A DNA stretch of 63,918 nucleotides, counting the filler, from Octopus bimaculoides (taxonomy: Eukaryota), in assembly GCF_001194135.2 (NCBI RefSeq). It is 4 parts of 4 records of this genome, joined end to end, with 100 filler letters (N's around TTAATTAATTAA, not from the genome) between each part and the next. Parts side by side here need not be neighbours in the genome. Positions count along the whole stretch, not along the records: positions 59,918 to 62,808 come from NC_068988.1; positions 62,909 to 63,918 come from NW_026420531.1; 2 more parts are not named here. One strand, 5' to 3'. Below are positions 61,939 to 63,918 of this stretch, in pieces. Numbering within the stretch: position 1 is the stretch's first letter; each line of letters starts with the position of its first letter. A model generated the notes under the pieces. It had not been told where the DNA came from and did not search any database. It saw only the letters and a list, made by a program, of their open reading frames with translations. A program made the translations under genes and the position numbers.

Positions 61939-62796
61939 CGAGGTGTGATCAATAGGTATCTGGACTGTTGCTATAGTAACGAAGCTAAAGCATGCAGAGT
62001 GAAACTGCTTGGTAAAGATTGACCTTGAACTCAGCTGTTTAGGTTTCAATGTTCTACCTCACTTCCGCTGTTACATCAATGCTTGGAAGTATGGTGTGTA
62101 TGGTGTGATAGTCGCATTGACCATGATAGAGAACGTTGTCATCCAGATATTTGGTCAGAGGCCTACGCAAAGTTGCAGAAAGTGTATGGAGAAGAGTGTA
62201 TGAACTGCCCACAAGTGTACAAGGGTTTTAGATGTCTCCCAGATGGCCAATATTGACAAACGCTCAGGGTGACCTGCAACCAGCAGAACTGAGATAAACA
62301 TCGCAAATGTGCGTGCAGCTATGGGTGGAAATCGTCGAATCACAACCCGTGAATTATCAGAGGATGTGCAGATTTGCTACGATTCAGTTCAATCTATTAT
62401 CATAGAAGATTTGGGTATGTGACGTGTATCGAGCAAGTTTCTCCGAAGTCTGCTTTTAGCTGACCAAAATTACGCTCGGGGTTCAGCTGCATAAGATCTC
62501 CTTGATTGTATTGCGAAAGGTGAGAACGTTTTGAAAACTGAGCAGTTATCGCCAAGGTTTTGGCAAACTTTGATGCAGATTCTCTGCCCAACTTTCGTTG
62601 TCATGGTCAATACGACAATCACACACTACACACCTTCATCCAAGCATTGCTATAAACGGCAGAAGTGAGCTAGGACATTAAAAGTTAATGCAGGTGCATG
62701 CATAGCAAATTTCAAGGTTAATGTGTGCTGATTTACTCTGCGTACTTTAGCGACGTTACTATGGGAACATTCCGTCTACTTATTGATCAGACCACG
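61939..62796. mobile_element. Mariner two-left-end family, complete copy
   Basis: TA-cgaggtgtgatcaatag...ttattgatcagaccacg. Long arm on + and short arm inverted, with the same junction as 34617-35503. Confidence 0.88.
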
Positions 62797-63061
62797 TGTA
62801 TATATATANNNNNNNNNNNNNNNNNNNNNNNNNNNNNNNNNNNNNNNNNNNNTTAATTAATTAANNNNNNNNNNNNNNNNNNNNNNNNNNNNNNNNNNNN
62901 NNNNNNNNATGGATAAAGGAAAGATAGATAAAGAGAGAGAGAGAAATATATATGGAGAGAGAAACACACACAGATAGATACATAGATACAGGAACAGAGA
63001 GAGATAATGTGAAAGATGGAGGAAGATATTGAGAAAAAGATAAAGAGAACAATAGCTAACA

Positions 63062-63102
<41 letters not shown>

Positions 63103-63139
63103 TGGATAAAGAGAAAGGTAGATAGACGTAGAGAGAAAT

Positions 63140-63181
63140 ATAGACAGAGATATATAGATAGATTGCTAGATAGATAGATAT

Positions 63182-63228
<47 letters not shown>

Positions 63229-63229
63229 T

Positions 63230-63261
<32 letters not shown>

Positions 63262-63266
63262 GTAGG

Positions 63267-63317
<51 letters not shown>

Positions 63318-63330
63318 GTAGGTAGGTAGG

Positions 63331-63382
<52 letters not shown>

Positions 63383-63390
63383 GAGAGAGA
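63140..63390. repeat. (GATA)n microsatellite inside a tandemly duplicated purine-rich unit
   Basis: Long GATA/GGTA run; flanking motifs ('gtgaaagat.gaggaaga', 'gataaagagaaca') occur twice. Confidence 0.95.
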
Positions 63391-63918
63391 TACAGAGAGA
63401 TAAAGTGAAAGATAGAGGAAGAGATATTGCGAAAAATATAGATAAAGAGAACATAAGCAAACAAGAGGCAGAGAGAGAGAGAGAGAGAGAAAAGGAATAG
63501 AGAGAGTCGTAAAGAGAGAAGCAAATAGGAGAAAAAAATGAGAAAGACAGGCGAATAGAAAGATAAACATGTAAAGAAAAAGACAGATAAAAGGAATGAT
63601 AGAAAAATCGAGAAAGACTGGCAGAAATGGAGAAAGAGAGACGTGAGATTAAAGATAAAAATGGCGCACGTATAAGAAATTGGGAAAGAAAAACGACGAT
63701 GTAAAAGAATCTGCTGCAACAGTCGAAGTAGCAGCCTCGTTTTGGATAAACATAATGTTAGCAAGGATCTGGAGGGCAGAGAATTTGGTGATAAATCCAC
63801 GGTGGTAGAGTGAGTGACGTGGAGGAGCAGGGCGGATTACGTGGCGCTGTATATGTGTATGTCTGTAGGTATGAGGGTAGGTGTGTGCCCGTGTATATCT
63901 CTGCATAATATGTATATA

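Noticed and set aside
62853-63800. Long low-complexity ORFs (LSIY, YIYI, HTHT repeats) and X-filled ORFs throughout the track
   Set aside because: Translations of microsatellites and N gaps.

Overview
AT-rich, microsatellite-dense, gapped animal DNA. The SINE repertoire points to an octopus (inference). Three 100-nt spacers (44 N + TTAATTAATTAA + 44 N at 31280-31379, 59818-59917, 62809-62908) show the window is four concatenated scaffolds, so adjacency across them is not biological. The one host gene I can support is a partial MEI1-like meiotic gene on the + strand: seven phase-compatible exons at 38796-56529, plus a tentative eighth at 59012-59050. Almost everything else is transposon-derived: several tRNA-derived SINE families; mariner/Tc1 relics and MITEs; RTE, L1/Tx1, CR1-like and RLE-type LINE fragments; a short Gypsy-type LTR element; and several Penelope-like element (PLE) fragments. 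The most interesting signal is a set of type I hammerhead ribozyme (HHR) motifs in head-to-head inverted elements. One is a tRNA-headed (Pol III-type) SINE-like element with an HHR body, forming a ~490-bp palindrome at 58407-58926. A second family at 20261-21841 has a near-complete GUA hammerhead. There is also a degenerate relative at ~40171. Other oddities are an RTE LINE ending in three C2H2 fingers, a mariner family built from two left ends, and many fold-back duplications. Protein and family assignments come from motif recognition and recalled consensus sequences, not from database searches. No host gene could be supported in 1-31279.
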